NCBI GenBank assembly: GCA_051867925.1
Contig: JBJDZI010000116.1
Location: forward strand, 6,844-70,843
Origin: Eubacteriales bacterium
GTDB taxonomy: Bacteria > Bacillota > Clostridia > Oscillospirales > CAG-272
Length of the DNA: 64,000 bases
Direction: 5' to 3'
The notes under the pieces were generated by a model that made no database searches, was not told the origin of the DNA, and saw nothing but the letters and a program-made list of their open reading frames with translations. Position numbers and translations under genes: made by a program. This document shows positions 27,310-37,614 of the stretch, one piece after another; positions within the stretch are counted from its first letter, which is position 1, and each line of letters starts with the position of its first letter.

Positions 27310-28848
27310 ATGAACCACCCACAGATCGTGAACATCGTCAACTTCATCCGCGCCGTAGAACCGCGGGCGCCTATGGATCTGGTCTCGCCCGTGAAAGAGC
27401 AGATCGCGCTGATGAAGCGACACAACCTCCGCGGTACGTTTTTGCTCCAGTATGATGCCCTCATTGATCCCGCCTTCACTGATCTGCTCCTGCCGCTGGA
27501 TCGGGCGCAGTTCGAGATGGGTGTGTGGTTTGAGACCGTTCAGCCGCAGGTAGAAGCGGCGGGGCTGACTTGGCGGGGCAGATTTCCTTGGGATTGGCAC
27601 GCCCATTGCGGATTTTCGGTGGGCTACACCCCGAAAGAGCGGGAAATGCTGGTGGACGTGCTTTACCGCCGTTTCAAAGAAGTGTTCGGATATTATCCCC
27701 AAGTCTTCGGATCGTGGTTCTTCGATTCCCATACCGTCCGCTATATCGCCGACCGTTACGGCGTTGATGCCCTTTGCAACTGCAAGGAGCAGTACGGCAC
27801 CGACGGTTACACCCTTTGGGGCGGCTACTACGGACAGGGCTATTACCCTTCCCGCACCAACATCTTTATGCCCGCCCAAAGCGAAGCGGATCAGATCTCC
27901 GCACCTCTCTTTCGGATGCTGGGCTCCGACCCCGTCTACCAGTACGATTGCGGCACCACTCCCGAAAACGGCGCGCCTGCCCGGCAGGGTGTCATCACGC
28001 TGGAGCCGGTTTACCAAGCCGCAGGGGGCGGCTCCAAACAATGGGTGGATTGGTACCTTCGGGAAAACTACAGCGGCGAATGTCTCTCTTTCGGCTACGC
28101 CCAAGCGGGGCAGGAGAACAGCTTCGGCTGGGATGCCATGAAGGATGGACTGACCTACCAGTTTGCGCGCTTTGAAACGCTCCAAGCGGAAGGCAAGATC
28201 ACCGTTGAGCCTCTGGGCGACAGCGGCAGACGATACAAAGCAACTTACCGATCCACACCGCCCTGTGCCATCACCGCTCACACCGCCTACGACGATCCCG
28301 AAAAGTCCTCGGTATGGTACTCATCGAAATATTACCGCGTGAATCTCTATATGAGCCACGGAAACTTCCGCATCCGCGACCTGCATCTCTTCTCTCCCCG
28401 CTTCCCCGATCCCTTTGAGACGGCAGTCTGCAAGGGCAACGAAGCCACCTACGAGACGCTCCCTGTGGCAGACGGCAACCGACACAGCGGAAACGGTGTA
28501 TTGGCGGGCGTGTATCTCACCGAAGCGGACGGTAGCGCGATGAATCTCGGCAAGCCGGAGTTTGCCGATCTTGGCGGCGGGATCGCCCGCGTTCGCTACG
28601 GCGATCTGCAAGTGGAACTGAGTGAAGATCAGCTGATTCTTACCTATCCCAAAGAGTTTTCCGCAGAGCTTCGCATCGGCAAGTTAGAGCATCTTCCCAC
28701 GGTGACAAGTCACAGTAAGCATCGAATCGACCTCTCTTATCAAGGCACCCCCTACGGACTGTGCGCCGCAAAGGGCAGATTTGTCTCTGCCAACGCCGTC
28801 GCATCGGAGAGCGGAACCATCGAACTGCTTTTTGGCGGATCAGTCTGA
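27310..28848 (+). CDS. conserved hypothetical cytoplasmic protein (possibly carbohydrate-active)
   Basis: 512-aa ORF with coding-like composition, no signal peptide, and an AAGGAG RBS 6 nt before ATG 27310. I cannot name a family with confidence. Confidence 0.6.
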   Translation: MNHPQIVNIVNFIRAVEPRAPMDLVSPVKEQIALMKRHNLRGTFLLQYDALIDPAFTDLLLPLDRAQFEMGVWFETVQPQVEAAGLTWRGRFPWDWHAHCGFSVGYTPKEREMLVDVLYRRFKEVFGYYPQVFGSWFFDSHTVRYIADRYGVDALCNCKEQYGTDGYTLWGGYYGQGYYPSRTNIFMPAQSEADQISAPLFRMLGSDPVYQYDCGTTPENGAPARQGVITLEPVYQAAGGGSKQWVDWYLRENYSGECLSFGYAQAGQENSFGWDAMKDGLTYQFARFETLQAEGKITVEPLGDSGRRYKATYRSTPPCAITAHTAYDDPEKSSVWYSSKYYRVNLYMSHGNFRIRDLHLFSPRFPDPFETAVCKGNEATYETLPVADGNRHSGNGVLAGVYLTEADGSAMNLGKPEFADLGGGIARVRYGDLQVELSEDQLILTYPKEFSAELRIGKLEHLPTVTSHSKHRIDLSYQGTPYGLCAAKGRFVSANAVASESGTIELLFGGSV

Positions 28849-28916
28849 ACCCCACACAATCGGCTACGACTTCCCCGTAAATTACAGTAAAGGAAAGCCT
28901 TCGGGCAAATCGGATC

Positions 28917-29807
28917 ATGAAGACCATTCATATTTATAATCCCACCGCAGGAAACGGAAATGCAAGCAAATCAGCCGACGGCTACATCACTGCCTACGCA
29001 GGCGACTGCCGCCGCTATATCGCCGAATGTTGCAAAAAAGAGCCCCACACCCACTTTGTGGTCTACGGCGGAGACGGAACGGTCAACGAAGCAATCTCGG
29101 GCGTGCTGGATGCAGGCGCAGGCGAGACGGCGCGTCTCACCTTCGTTCCCGCAGGTTCGGGCAACGACACCGTCCGCACGCTGGATGCTATGCCGGGCGA
29201 TGAACTTGCTCTGGACGCCTATCTCTGCAACGGACGTCCCGGCGTCAATATGATCAACATCGGCTTCGACTGCAACGTGGTCTCCTCTGCAAAAAAATTC
29301 AAGAAAAAGTTCGGTATCGCAGGCGGACTGTCCTACATTCTGGGCGTGATCACCGAGTTTTTCAAGCCCTTCGGATGGAGTTTTTCCATTCACGCGACGC
29401 AGGAGGACGGCGGCACCTTCGATTATGAGGGAGATTGCCTGCTTTGCGCTGTCTGCAACGGACAATGGTGCGGTGGCGGGTTTCACAATTCCCCGCTCTC
29501 GGATATGCAGGACGGGATATTGGAACTTTTGCTGGTGAAAAAAGTCAGCCGTCTGAAATTCCTCTCACTGGTCGCCAAGTACAAGAAAGGTACGCTGATG
29601 AACCCCGACACGGGTGATGTATACCAGAAATACGCGCCCATCGTCACCTACAAGCGAGTAAAGGCGCTGACCGTTGGCGGCACAGAGCGCGTCTGCATCG
29701 ACGGCGAGGTGCTGAGTGCCGACTCGGCGACCATCGAGGTGTTGCCCTGCGCCCTGCGATATCTGCCGGGCGGCAGAGTTGTGCGCGAGACCGCTGATCA
29801 GATGTGA
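28917..29807 (+). CDS. diacylglycerol/lipid kinase family protein (YegS/DagK-like)
   Basis: IYNPTAGNG and VVYGGDGTVNE motifs. Confidence 0.8.
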   Translation: MKTIHIYNPTAGNGNASKSADGYITAYAGDCRRYIAECCKKEPHTHFVVYGGDGTVNEAISGVLDAGAGETARLTFVPAGSGNDTVRTLDAMPGDELALDAYLCNGRPGVNMINIGFDCNVVSSAKKFKKKFGIAGGLSYILGVITEFFKPFGWSFSIHATQEDGGTFDYEGDCLLCAVCNGQWCGGGFHNSPLSDMQDGILELLLVKKVSRLKFLSLVAKYKKGTLMNPDTGDVYQKYAPIVTYKRVKALTVGGTERVCIDGEVLSADSATIEVLPCALRYLPGGRVVRETADQM

Positions 29808-29865
29808 GCGGCGTTCCCAAGCGCACGGTTCGCCTTTGCCAACGGCACAATCGCTGACATAATCC

Positions 29866-29916
29866 AAAAACGCTCCGCGGGAAGGATCACACAATCCAAC
29901 CTGCGGAGCGGTTTTT
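29866..29916. terminator. bidirectional terminator between the lipid kinase gene and cysS
   Basis: AAAAA-CGCTCCGC...GCGGAGCG-GTTTTT. Confidence 0.65.
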
Positions 29917-29999
29917 GGTGCTACCGCCAATACAGGCGGTGGGCAGATTTGCGAGAGGGTTTACAATTTCCCCGCGATAGGGGAACACCCCGACTTTGC

Positions 30000-31397
30000 T
30001 TAGTTCTTCTTCCACTTGGTGCCCTGAGCGGTATCCTGCAGAGTCACACCCATGTCGGAGAGTTTGGCGCGAATTTCGTCGGCGCGGGCAAAATCTTTCG
30101 CCTTCTTTGCCTCGGCGCGCTGAGCGATGAGGGCTTCCACTTCCTCCGCAAAGGCTTTGTCGGTGGCGGATTCGCCCACCAAGCCCATCAGCTTGGCGAT
30201 CTCCACGAAGTATGTCCCCGCTTCTTCGGCGGCTTCCTTGGAGGGGTTCGTGGCAAGGAGACTGTTCAGTTCGCGCACCATCTCAAAGAGCGCGGAAACG
30301 GCGTCTGCGGTATTGAAATCGTCGTCCATTTTCTCGATAAACTGCGCCTTGTAGCCCTCGAACGCCGCCTTGATGTCAGCCGACAGCGGTTCGCCGGAGG
30401 GGGCATTTTTCAGATAGAACGCCAGATTATCGTAGCAGTTCTGTATACGATCCACCGAATTTTGTGCAGCCTCGATGATGTCGGCGCTATAATTGATGGG
30501 CTTTCTGTAATGGCTGGAGACCAGAAAATAGCGGATGGGCATATAGCCGTAAACCTTCGCCACGTCACGGACGGTGAAGAAGTTGTTCAGCGACTTGGAC
30601 ATCTTCTGATTGTCCACATTGATAAAGCCATTGTGCATCCAGTAACGGGAGAAGGGTTTGCCCGTAGCCGCCTCGGACTGTGCGATCTCGTTTTCGTGGT
30701 GGGGAAAGGTCAGGTCTACGCCGCCGCAATGGATGTCGATGGTCTCGCCCAGATAACGCTTGACCATGGCAGAGCATTCGATGTGCCAACCGGGTCTGCC
30801 CATCCCCCAAGGGGACTTCCATGCAGGTTCACCGGGCTTTGCCGCTTTCCAGAGAGCAAAATCCAGCGGATCTTCCTTGATCTCGTCCACTGCAATGCGC
30901 GCGCCCGACTCCAGATCCTCAATGGGCATATGGGAAAGGCATCCGTAGCAAGGGAAGGAGCGGGTGCGGAAGTATACGTCGCCGTTTTCGGCGGGGTAGG
31001 CGTGTCCCTTTTTGACCAGCATGGACACCAGACCGATGATCTGCCCAATGTTTTCGGTGGCTTTGGGGTGAATGTCAGCTGCCTCAACGCCCAATCCCTG
31101 CGCGTCGGTAAAATACTCTGCAATGTAGCGGGCGGCGATCTCGTCGGAGGTAACGCCTTCCTCGTTTGCCTTGCGGATGATCTTGTCATCCACGTCGGTG
31201 AAATTCTGGACGAAGGTCACATCCCAGCCCCGCCACTTCAGATAGCGGCGGAACAGATCGAACAGCACGATGGGACGGGCGTTGCCGATATGAAAATAGT
31301 TGTAAACGGTAGGTCCGCAGGCGTAAATTTTGACCTTTCCCTCCTCCAGAGGGATAAATTCTTCTTTCTGACGAGTCAGATCGTTGTAAATTTTCAT
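30000..31397 (-). CDS. cysS: cysteine--tRNA ligase
   Basis: [30 protein letters not shown] (HIGH) and KMSKSLNN (KMSKS) motifs. Confidence 0.94.
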   Translation of the reverse strand: MKIYNDLTRQKEEFIPLEEGKVKIYACGPTVYNYFHIGNARPIVLFDLFRRYLKWRGWDVTFVQNFTDVDDKIIRKANEEGVTSDEIAARYIAEYFTDAQGLGVEAADIHPKATENIGQIIGLVSMLVKKGHAYPAENGDVYFRTRSFPCYGCLSHMPIEDLESGARIAVDEIKEDPLDFALWKAAKPGEPAWKSPWGMGRPGWHIECSAMVKRYLGETIDIHCGGVDLTFPHHENEIAQSEAATGKPFSRYWMHNGFINVDNQKMSKSLNNFFTVRDVAKVYGYMPIRYFLVSSHYRKPINYSADIIEAAQNSVDRIQNCYDNLAFYLKNAPSGEPLSADIKAAFEGYKAQFIEKMDDDFNTADAVSALFEMVRELNSLLATNPSKEAAEEAGTYFVEIAKLMGLVGESATDKAFAEEVEALIAQRAEAKKAKDFARADEIRAKLSDMGVTLQDTAQGTKWKKN

Positions 31398-31544
31398 CAG
31401 TTTGTCCTTTCTCCAAGGGGTCTGCCCTTGGATCTTATTGAAAGATTTGGGATGGATCGTTCTGTGCCGACCGACATAGGTCGGCAATCAATGGTTCATT
31501 TGGCATCGCCTTGCCCAAGGCAAACCGCAGGGCGATGCCCTCCA

Positions 31545-32261
31545 TTATTTTACCTTTTCGCTCAGCACGGCGATGGCATCTCGCAGTTCGGCAAGTTCCT
31601 TGGCGATGGGGTCGGGGATGTGGACTTGATCCAGATCTTCCACCACTTCTCCGTCCAGCCGAACCACCTTGGCGGGAATGCCCACTGCAGTGGAATTTTC
31701 GGGAATTTCTTTCAGCACCACGGCGCCCGCGGCGATTTTGGCGTGATCCCCCACCTTGAAGGGGCCCAGCACCTTGGCGCCTGCGCCCACCATCACAGAG
31801 CTACCCAGCGTAGGATGGCGTTTGCCGCAATCCTTGCCCGTACCGCCCAAGGTCACGCCTTGATAGAGGGTACAGTTATCGCCGATCTCGGCAGTTTCGC
31901 CGATCACCACACCGGAGCCGTGATCGATGAACAGACCTTTGCCGATGGTGGCACCGGGATGAATCTCGATGCCCGTCACCATCTTGACGAATTGGCTCAG
32001 GGCGCGGGCGGTCAGTCGGTAGCCTTTTTGATGCAGATAATGGGAAAGTTTATGTGCCGTAACGGCGTGAAATCCCGAATAGAGCAGTGCTACTTCCAGA
32101 TTGCTCCGGGCGGCGGGGTCGCGCTGGCGAATGCAGTTCATATCGTACTCCAGCTGCTCGCAGAGGGTCAGCAGTTTTTGGAGTAGCGAGATACGCTCGG
32201 GCTTTTGGGCAGTTTCGGGCTTTTGTCGGCGCGATTTGCCGATTCCAACGGTAATTTTCAT
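31545..32261 (-). CDS. cysE: serine O-acetyltransferase
   Basis: Hexapeptide-repeat core GIEIHPGATIGKGLFIDHGSGVVIGETAEIGDNCTLYQGVTLGG. ATG 32261 has an AGGAG RBS. Confidence 0.9.
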   Translation of the reverse strand: MKITVGIGKSRRQKPETAQKPERISLLQKLLTLCEQLEYDMNCIRQRDPAARSNLEVALLYSGFHAVTAHKLSHYLHQKGYRLTARALSQFVKMVTGIEIHPGATIGKGLFIDHGSGVVIGETAEIGDNCTLYQGVTLGGTGKDCGKRHPTLGSSVMVGAGAKVLGPFKVGDHAKIAAGAVVLKEIPENSTAVGIPAKVVRLDGEVVEDLDQVHIPDPIAKELAELRDAIAVLSEKVK

Positions 32262-32289
32262 AGAAAACTCCTTTCTGTCCGAATGGGGA

Positions 32290-32550
32290 GCGGTTTGCGG
32301 AAAACAAAAAAATCGCCCACTCTCCCCTTGGGGAGACAAAGGCGAATGATCGCGGTTCCACTTTGCTTTCTCACTCATTGATCCGTAACGGGGATAATGC
32401 GGGAGCAGATACGCATTTTCTCTGCGAAAACTTCCCTGCTCCGACTCACGGGCGCACAACCGTTGCTGTCTCCGATGCCGCTTCCAGCCATGGCGGCATC
32501 TCTCTGGCAAGACTATTGCTCCGAATCTTCCCGATCGCAGTCGTTACTTT
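32290..32550 (-). promoter_or_regulatory. T-box riboswitch leader (Cys-specific candidate) controlling cysE-cysS
   Basis: The minus strand carries an AGAGA box, a candidate specifier UGU/UGC in ...GGUUGUGCG..., and the T-box sequence AAAGUGGAACCGCG (32351-32361 region). A terminator follows (TCGCC...CTCCCC-AA-GGGGAG...GGGCGA plus TTTTTTT, 32306-32345). Confidence 0.75.
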
Positions 32551-32551
32551 T

Positions 32552-32580
32552 ATTATATGCGATGAATCGCTTTTTGTAAA
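32552..32580 (-). promoter_or_regulatory. promoter of the T-box-cysE-cysS transcript
   Basis: On the minus strand: TTTACA (32580-32575), 17-nt spacer, TATAAT (32557-32552). Confidence 0.45.
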
Positions 32581-32661
32581 GAGGTTTTGGGGAATTTTTT
32601 GAAAAAGTTTTGGGAAAAGAGGCAAGGTGTCATTCTGAGCATGGTCGAAGAACGGCGTAGC

Positions 32662-32873
32662 CGAAGGATCTACGACAGACTGTTTCTTGGTTCAAACCCT
32701 TCGTTTCCGAGAGGAGTGTAGCAACCGCTTTGCGGTTGCTCAGTTTGTCGAAAAAGTCTTTCAGAAAATCGAGAGGAGGGCGAAACCATATAGGACGCCG
32801 AAGTTTTCGTAGCTGTCGCATAGCGACTGCTACACTCCTCATCGAGCTCTCCACCCACTTCCTTGACTCGGCA
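32662..32873 (+). repeat. modular intergenic repeat, chimeric copy C+D
   Basis: The left arm and hairpin of the copy-A type (32662-32740) are truncated after GCGGTTGCT. They join directly to a type II unit (32741-32873) that carries the variant hairpin GTAGCTGTCGC-ATA-GCGACTGCTAC. Confidence 0.8.
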
Positions 32874-33220
32874 GTTCGAACACACATAGCGCACGCACAA
32901 TCGCTCTCGGCTTAGTATCGCTGAAGAATCCCACAGGTAGAAACCACGACTCGGAGCGAGACAGTACACCCCCATTCGCAGACTTCATTGATGTTGCATA
33001 GCCAATCGCCTATCCCCATCGGGCGACTTCCGTCGCCCGATGGGAAGAGGTTGGGGTACGCGGGGAGGAGAAACCGCAGGTTTCGCCTGCTCCGCGCAGT
33101 TCTTTGCGCCACTTTCTTTCTGTAAAGAAAGTGGCATTCAAAGCAGGTTTGCTGTTCCGCTCCCGAGGAACCGGGGGGATGGGTACGGGTCGGAATTGAG
33201 GAGAGTTCTGCAAACGCAAT

Positions 33221-33337
33221 CCAAGGCGCACCGACAGACTGTTTATTTGTTGAAACCCTTCGTTTCTGAGAGGAGTGTAGCAACCGCAAAGCGGTTGCTA
33301 CACCCCTCAGACGCTCCACCCACTTCCTTGGCTCTGA
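33221..33337 (+). repeat. modular intergenic repeat, copy E
   Basis: Same architecture as copy A, but the loop is AAA instead of TTT and the right arm has one mismatch (ACACCCCTC). Confidence 0.85.
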
Positions 33338-33472
33338 CTTTGCTCAAACTCATATATAACAAGTCGGGCAGCAAATCTTTGCCGCCCTATACAAAAGTAC
33401 TCGGAGGTGCAGGAACCTTCTTGAAAGAAGGTTCCTGCCGGGGTTTGAGGCGAAGACCCAATTCAGATAAAT

Positions 33473-35044
33473 TTATTCATTAAACCAGTCGAAAGTGATG
33501 ACTTCGCCGTTTAGCAGGTATTTGCGCGGGGTGGTGGTGTATTCCCAGTCTAAGGGGATCAGTTCATCCTCGGCTTTGGAGGCGCGAGCGTACAGTTCCT
33601 TCATATAGGCAAACTGCTGGTCGGTGAGGGTGTTGGCGGCGCTGGAGATGAAGAGGGGCGTTGCGGATGCCGCCGCCAGCGTAGCCCATTGACAGTTCAG
33701 TTTCCAGTCAATCTTTCCGGGGATAAAGCCCACGCAGTCCGCATCGGCGGCAAAAAAGATATTGTGCTGACACATCCGAAACGCCAGCGTGTTCACGCCC
33801 ATCTGACGGGTGCGCGCCCATTCGTTGCCGCTGGTATCGTCACCGATGCGGTTCAGATGAGCCAGCCCCGCCAGCAGATGACCGATGCAGTTACAGCCCA
33901 GAATCAGACACTTGCCTTCGGTGGCATCCAAAATGTTGCGGTAAAAATCCTTGGTAATCTCGGCGGAAGTCTTCTTTTTATTATAGAAAGACCAACCGTC
34001 GTTTGTGATCAGCCGATTCCGATCCTTGCCCCATGCGCCGAACATATCGAACATGGAAAAATCGTGCTTGATCAGCTCGTAGCCCCACTCGTGAACGATC
34101 TTCTTTATATCGGCGGCAATGAACTTCGCCACTTCGGGATGAGAGGGATCGAGATAGCAATCCCGCAAAAAGCGGGGATCGCTCTCGGAAATGCCGCGCT
34201 TGTTCAGCCTCCACGCAGCAGGGATCTCGGGGCGTTCATCACGAAGCAGACGCACCCAAATGCCTGGGCGCACGTCCATCGCTTTGAAGGCATCCGCCAC
34301 CTTCTTCATATCGCCGTATTTTTCGTTTGCCACCCAAGGACCCGCACAGCTATTTGGTTGCCAGCCGTCATCAATGACCATAAATGGGCGGTTTTCCAGC
34401 CCTTCGGAGAGCTTTGCCTGCAGGGAGCAATCGGAAACGATCTCCTCATAGGAGGAGTTCCCATAGGCATAGTACCAGTTGTTTCCGCCGTAAACGGGCT
34501 CCTTCGGGAGCAGAGGATTCGGAGACATGACCTTGCAGAACGCCCGCACCGCAGGATAGCTGTGGGTGTTCTCATACCGTCTGCTAACCACTGTGCAGGT
34601 CTCCAACTCGCGACCGTCCAGCTCGACGCCCACGCCTCCGCAACGCACATCGAGACACAGGGTGACCCCTTCGGTGTCACATTCCCAGCTTGCCATCGCA
34701 TTGGGAAGCACCCTCACGCCGTAGCCGGCGACGGCGGTCGTCTCTCCCTCGGGATGCTCTTCGCAAAGAAGAAAATACCAGGGCATCCAACGCTCGGCAC
34801 AAAGGCTGTTCCAGCCAAACGTGCCGTAGCCCCGCTCCCAAGCATCGCCCAGCACCTTCACGGGGCGGGAAATGGGATTTTTCCAGCGGAGCGTCACGAT
34901 ACGGGGCTTTGCCTCTCGGGCGGTCAGATATACGGTAAGCCCCTCCTCGGTTTCGGTAAAACGGAGAGCGGCATCGTCCGCAGCCCCATCGGGGAGATCG
35001 CTTTGGATCGAAAACTGATCGGGAATTCTGTTGATGAGATTCAT
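33473..35044 (-). CDS. melibiase-like glycoside hydrolase (alpha-galactosidase clan GH-D-like)
   Basis: PFMVIDDGWQP, DVRPGIWVRL and YELIKHDF motifs resemble GH27/GH36-type alpha-galactosidases. ATG 35044 has a GAGAGG RBS. Confidence 0.6.
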   Translation of the reverse strand: MNLINRIPDQFSIQSDLPDGAADDAALRFTETEEGLTVYLTAREAKPRIVTLRWKNPISRPVKVLGDAWERGYGTFGWNSLCAERWMPWYFLLCEEHPEGETTAVAGYGVRVLPNAMASWECDTEGVTLCLDVRCGGVGVELDGRELETCTVVSRRYENTHSYPAVRAFCKVMSPNPLLPKEPVYGGNNWYYAYGNSSYEEIVSDCSLQAKLSEGLENRPFMVIDDGWQPNSCAGPWVANEKYGDMKKVADAFKAMDVRPGIWVRLLRDERPEIPAAWRLNKRGISESDPRFLRDCYLDPSHPEVAKFIAADIKKIVHEWGYELIKHDFSMFDMFGAWGKDRNRLITNDGWSFYNKKKTSAEITKDFYRNILDATEGKCLILGCNCIGHLLAGLAHLNRIGDDTSGNEWARTRQMGVNTLAFRMCQHNIFFAADADCVGFIPGKIDWKLNCQWATLAAASATPLFISSAANTLTDQQFAYMKELYARASKAEDELIPLDWEYTTTPRKYLLNGEVITFDWFNE

Positions 35045-35330
35045 AAAAAGACCTCTCAAAGATAGGATTTTCCTCATTTTATCACACGGATCGGGCAAAT
35101 GCAATAGGACTTTTTCAATTTTCCGTTGAGAATTTATTTCTTTCCGATTATTTTATAAAAATATTTACATTTCCTGCACTTTCCTACCCTTGATTTTCAC
35201 GCACAATATGTTATAATGTAGTATATCGAATTGGTTCAAATTTTCACCCGATCCATCCTTTTCAAAAAAAGCGGGATCGGCGGCGCTCTACTATATCTTG
35301 CGCCATTCTTCCAAACAGAAAGGGACCTCC

Positions 35331-36812
35331 ATGAAATCACTTCAAAAAATCCATTCCGCCTCCTATCTGATCCTGCTGGGGCTGATGATCCTCATGGCGA
35401 TCGGCACCGTCGTGGCGGTGATCCAAGGGGACGTGAGCATTCTCACGGGTGGGCTTGCCTCTACCGTGTTCGTTATTTTCGCCATCGTGCAGATCGTCTG
35501 CATTACGCTGTATCAGCCCGGGCGGAGCGTTTATAAAATCGGATTTTATCTCATGCATATCGGACTGCTGGTTCTGCTGGCAGGGCTTGCGGCTTACGCT
35601 CTGGCGGGCGATAGCATCACCGTGCAGGTGCCCATCTCCCAGACGGGCAATTATTACCGCTATGTGCAAAACGAGGACGGAGAAGAGGTCGACCTGGGAT
35701 TTGCCTTCAAACTGACTGATTTCACCGTAGAAAAGTACGAATCAGGGGGCGATCGGTATTACAAAACCGACGTGACCTTCGCTGATCCCACCACCCTTGC
35801 CACCGAAAACGATTATCTGGAGGTCAACCGCACCCTCCGCCGAAACGGCTGGAAGCTCTATCTGATGAGCTACTCCGACGGCACCGCCAATCTCGGAGCG
35901 CTGCAACTGACGCCATACATCAGCCACGTCTATTCCGCAAGCGGAGCGGACGCGGGCATTTCGGTCATCCGGCAGATCTACGCCGATCTTGCGGGCAAGT
36001 GGTACACCTATTATTATTACGATGAAATCAATGGTCGCTTCACTGCGGTGAGCGACGAATCTGTCGGCGCGCTGACCGGTTCGCTTTGGGCGTATACCTT
36101 TGAGGAAGAGAGTGCCGTTACCGTTTATCTGACCCGCAAGGACGGCGCGTTTTCCGAAACGCTGACCGCCACGGGCAGTGAGATCGCCGCTCATATTGCA
36201 GAGCAGTATGGCGACAGCATCGTAAATTACTACTATTACACCATTGATATGGGACGGATCACCGAGATCGACACGGACTATCTCATAGGACAATGCACCG
36301 ATCCCGTGTTTGCAGGCATCCGTGTGAGTCAGTCGGGGCAGGTTTCGGTCTGTGTCATGAAGGAAGCAATGACTCCCGACGCCGCCTTTACCTCTGCCGA
36401 GGGGGGCAGTTCCCTGCTGGCTGACATCACCTCGGTCTACGGCGCTTCCACGATAACGCCTCAGTATCGAATCTACTCACCCACCATCAGCGACTACACC
36501 GCCGCCACGGAAGAGGAGATCCTCGCCGAAGAGGGCGTCCTCAACGCTTACGCGGTGAATATGGGTGACACATTGGTGATCTTCGTTCACCCGCTGTCCA
36601 ACATTCTTCTGCTCAAGCGCGATCCCGGCGAATACGCTACCGTGATCGGTATGATTTTGGTAATGGTCGGCGGCGTGATGATGTGCCTCTTTCGCGGGCG
36701 CAAAAAAGCCAAAGACGAAACCGTGAGTGACGCGCCTTCGGCAGATCAGCCCACCGCCCATCCCGCGCAAGGGGACAAACGCAAACCGTCCAAAGGAGGC
36801 AAACAGAGATGA
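35331..36812 (+). CDS. resB: ResB/Ccs1-like cytochrome c biogenesis protein
   Basis: N-terminal TMs with MHIGLLVLLAG and the ResB-like block LEVNRTLRRNGWKLYLMSY, plus a C-terminal TM. The stop overlaps the ccsA start (ATGA). Confidence 0.65.
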   Translation: MKSLQKIHSASYLILLGLMILMAIGTVVAVIQGDVSILTGGLASTVFVIFAIVQIVCITLYQPGRSVYKIGFYLMHIGLLVLLAGLAAYALAGDSITVQVPISQTGNYYRYVQNEDGEEVDLGFAFKLTDFTVEKYESGGDRYYKTDVTFADPTTLATENDYLEVNRTLRRNGWKLYLMSYSDGTANLGALQLTPYISHVYSASGADAGISVIRQIYADLAGKWYTYYYYDEINGRFTAVSDESVGALTGSLWAYTFEEESAVTVYLTRKDGAFSETLTATGSEIAAHIAEQYGDSIVNYYYYTIDMGRITEIDTDYLIGQCTDPVFAGIRVSQSGQVSVCVMKEAMTPDAAFTSAEGGSSLLADITSVYGASTITPQYRIYSPTISDYTAATEEEILAEEGVLNAYAVNMGDTLVIFVHPLSNILLLKRDPGEYATVIGMILVMVGGVMMCLFRGRKKAKDETVSDAPSADQPTAHPAQGDKRKPSKGGKQR

Positions 36813-37588
36813 CGCCCACCGTATTGAAACTCATTGCCCTCTTTGCGGCGCTCTGCTACTACGGCGCGTTCGTCACCGAACTGGCAAAGAAAAAATGCCC
36901 GATTCTGCTCTCCCGCGGATTGTGGGCGGTAGGCTTTGCCCTCAACGCCACGCTGGTGATCGAGAACTATCTGAACAACGGCTACGTTCCCTTCGTCAGT
37001 ATGTACCAAGTGCTGACCTTCTTGGGCGTGTGCTTCCTTCCCATCTGGCTTCTGATGCGCTTTTGGCGTAGCGGCGGATGGATGGCTCCCTACTTCATGT
37101 TCGCGGCGGCAATCGTGATGACCGGTCTGTGCTTTATGGATGCCGAATCGGTTTGGGAATTTGCTCCCGCCCTGCAATCGCCCTTCTTCATCCCCCACGT
37201 GCTGGTCTATATGATCTCCTACTGCATGGGTGCGGTGGCATTCATTCTGACGGTACTCTCCTTCTTCGTCCCCAAGAAAGACCTGCCCCGCTACGAGGAC
37301 GGCATTTACGACTGCGTGTCGGTGGTTTTCCCCTTTATGACCATGGGTCTTTTCTTCGGCTCTGTCTGGGCAAACGAAGTTTGGGGACATTTCTGGTCTT
37401 GGGACACCAAAGAAAACTTTTCGCTGGTGACCTGGCTGGTCTATATGCTCTATCTCCACTTCCGCAGAAATGCCAAACTGAAAAAATATGCCCGTCTGCT
37501 GGCGCTGGTGGGATTTGTGGGCATCCTCTTCACTTTCCTGTTTGCCAACATTCTGAGTACCGGCAGTGTCCACTCCTATTCCGTCTGA
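36809..37588 (+). CDS. ccsA: cytochrome c biogenesis protein CcsA/ResC (heme-handling WWD protein)
   Basis: WWD motif WANEVWGHFWSWDTKENFSLVTWLVY flanked by conserved His residues (FFIPHVLVY; LYLHFRR). RBS AAAGGAGG. Confidence 0.85.
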   Translation: MTPTVLKLIALFAALCYYGAFVTELAKKKCPILLSRGLWAVGFALNATLVIENYLNNGYVPFVSMYQVLTFLGVCFLPIWLLMRFWRSGGWMAPYFMFAAAIVMTGLCFMDAESVWEFAPALQSPFFIPHVLVYMISYCMGAVAFILTVLSFFVPKKDLPRYEDGIYDCVSVVFPFMTMGLFFGSVWANEVWGHFWSWDTKENFSLVTWLVYMLYLHFRRNAKLKKYARLLALVGFVGILFTFLFANILSTGSVHSYSV

Positions 37589-37614
37589 CGGGGTACGCCC
37601 CTTCCGAATGATCA

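Noticed and set aside
29949-32186. A 745-aa plus-strand ORF spanning the antisense of cysS, the spacer and cysE
   Set aside because: cysS and cysE on the opposite strand carry the HIGH/KMSKS and hexapeptide motifs. The long ORF has no recognisable domains and no start context, so it is a GC-bias artefact.
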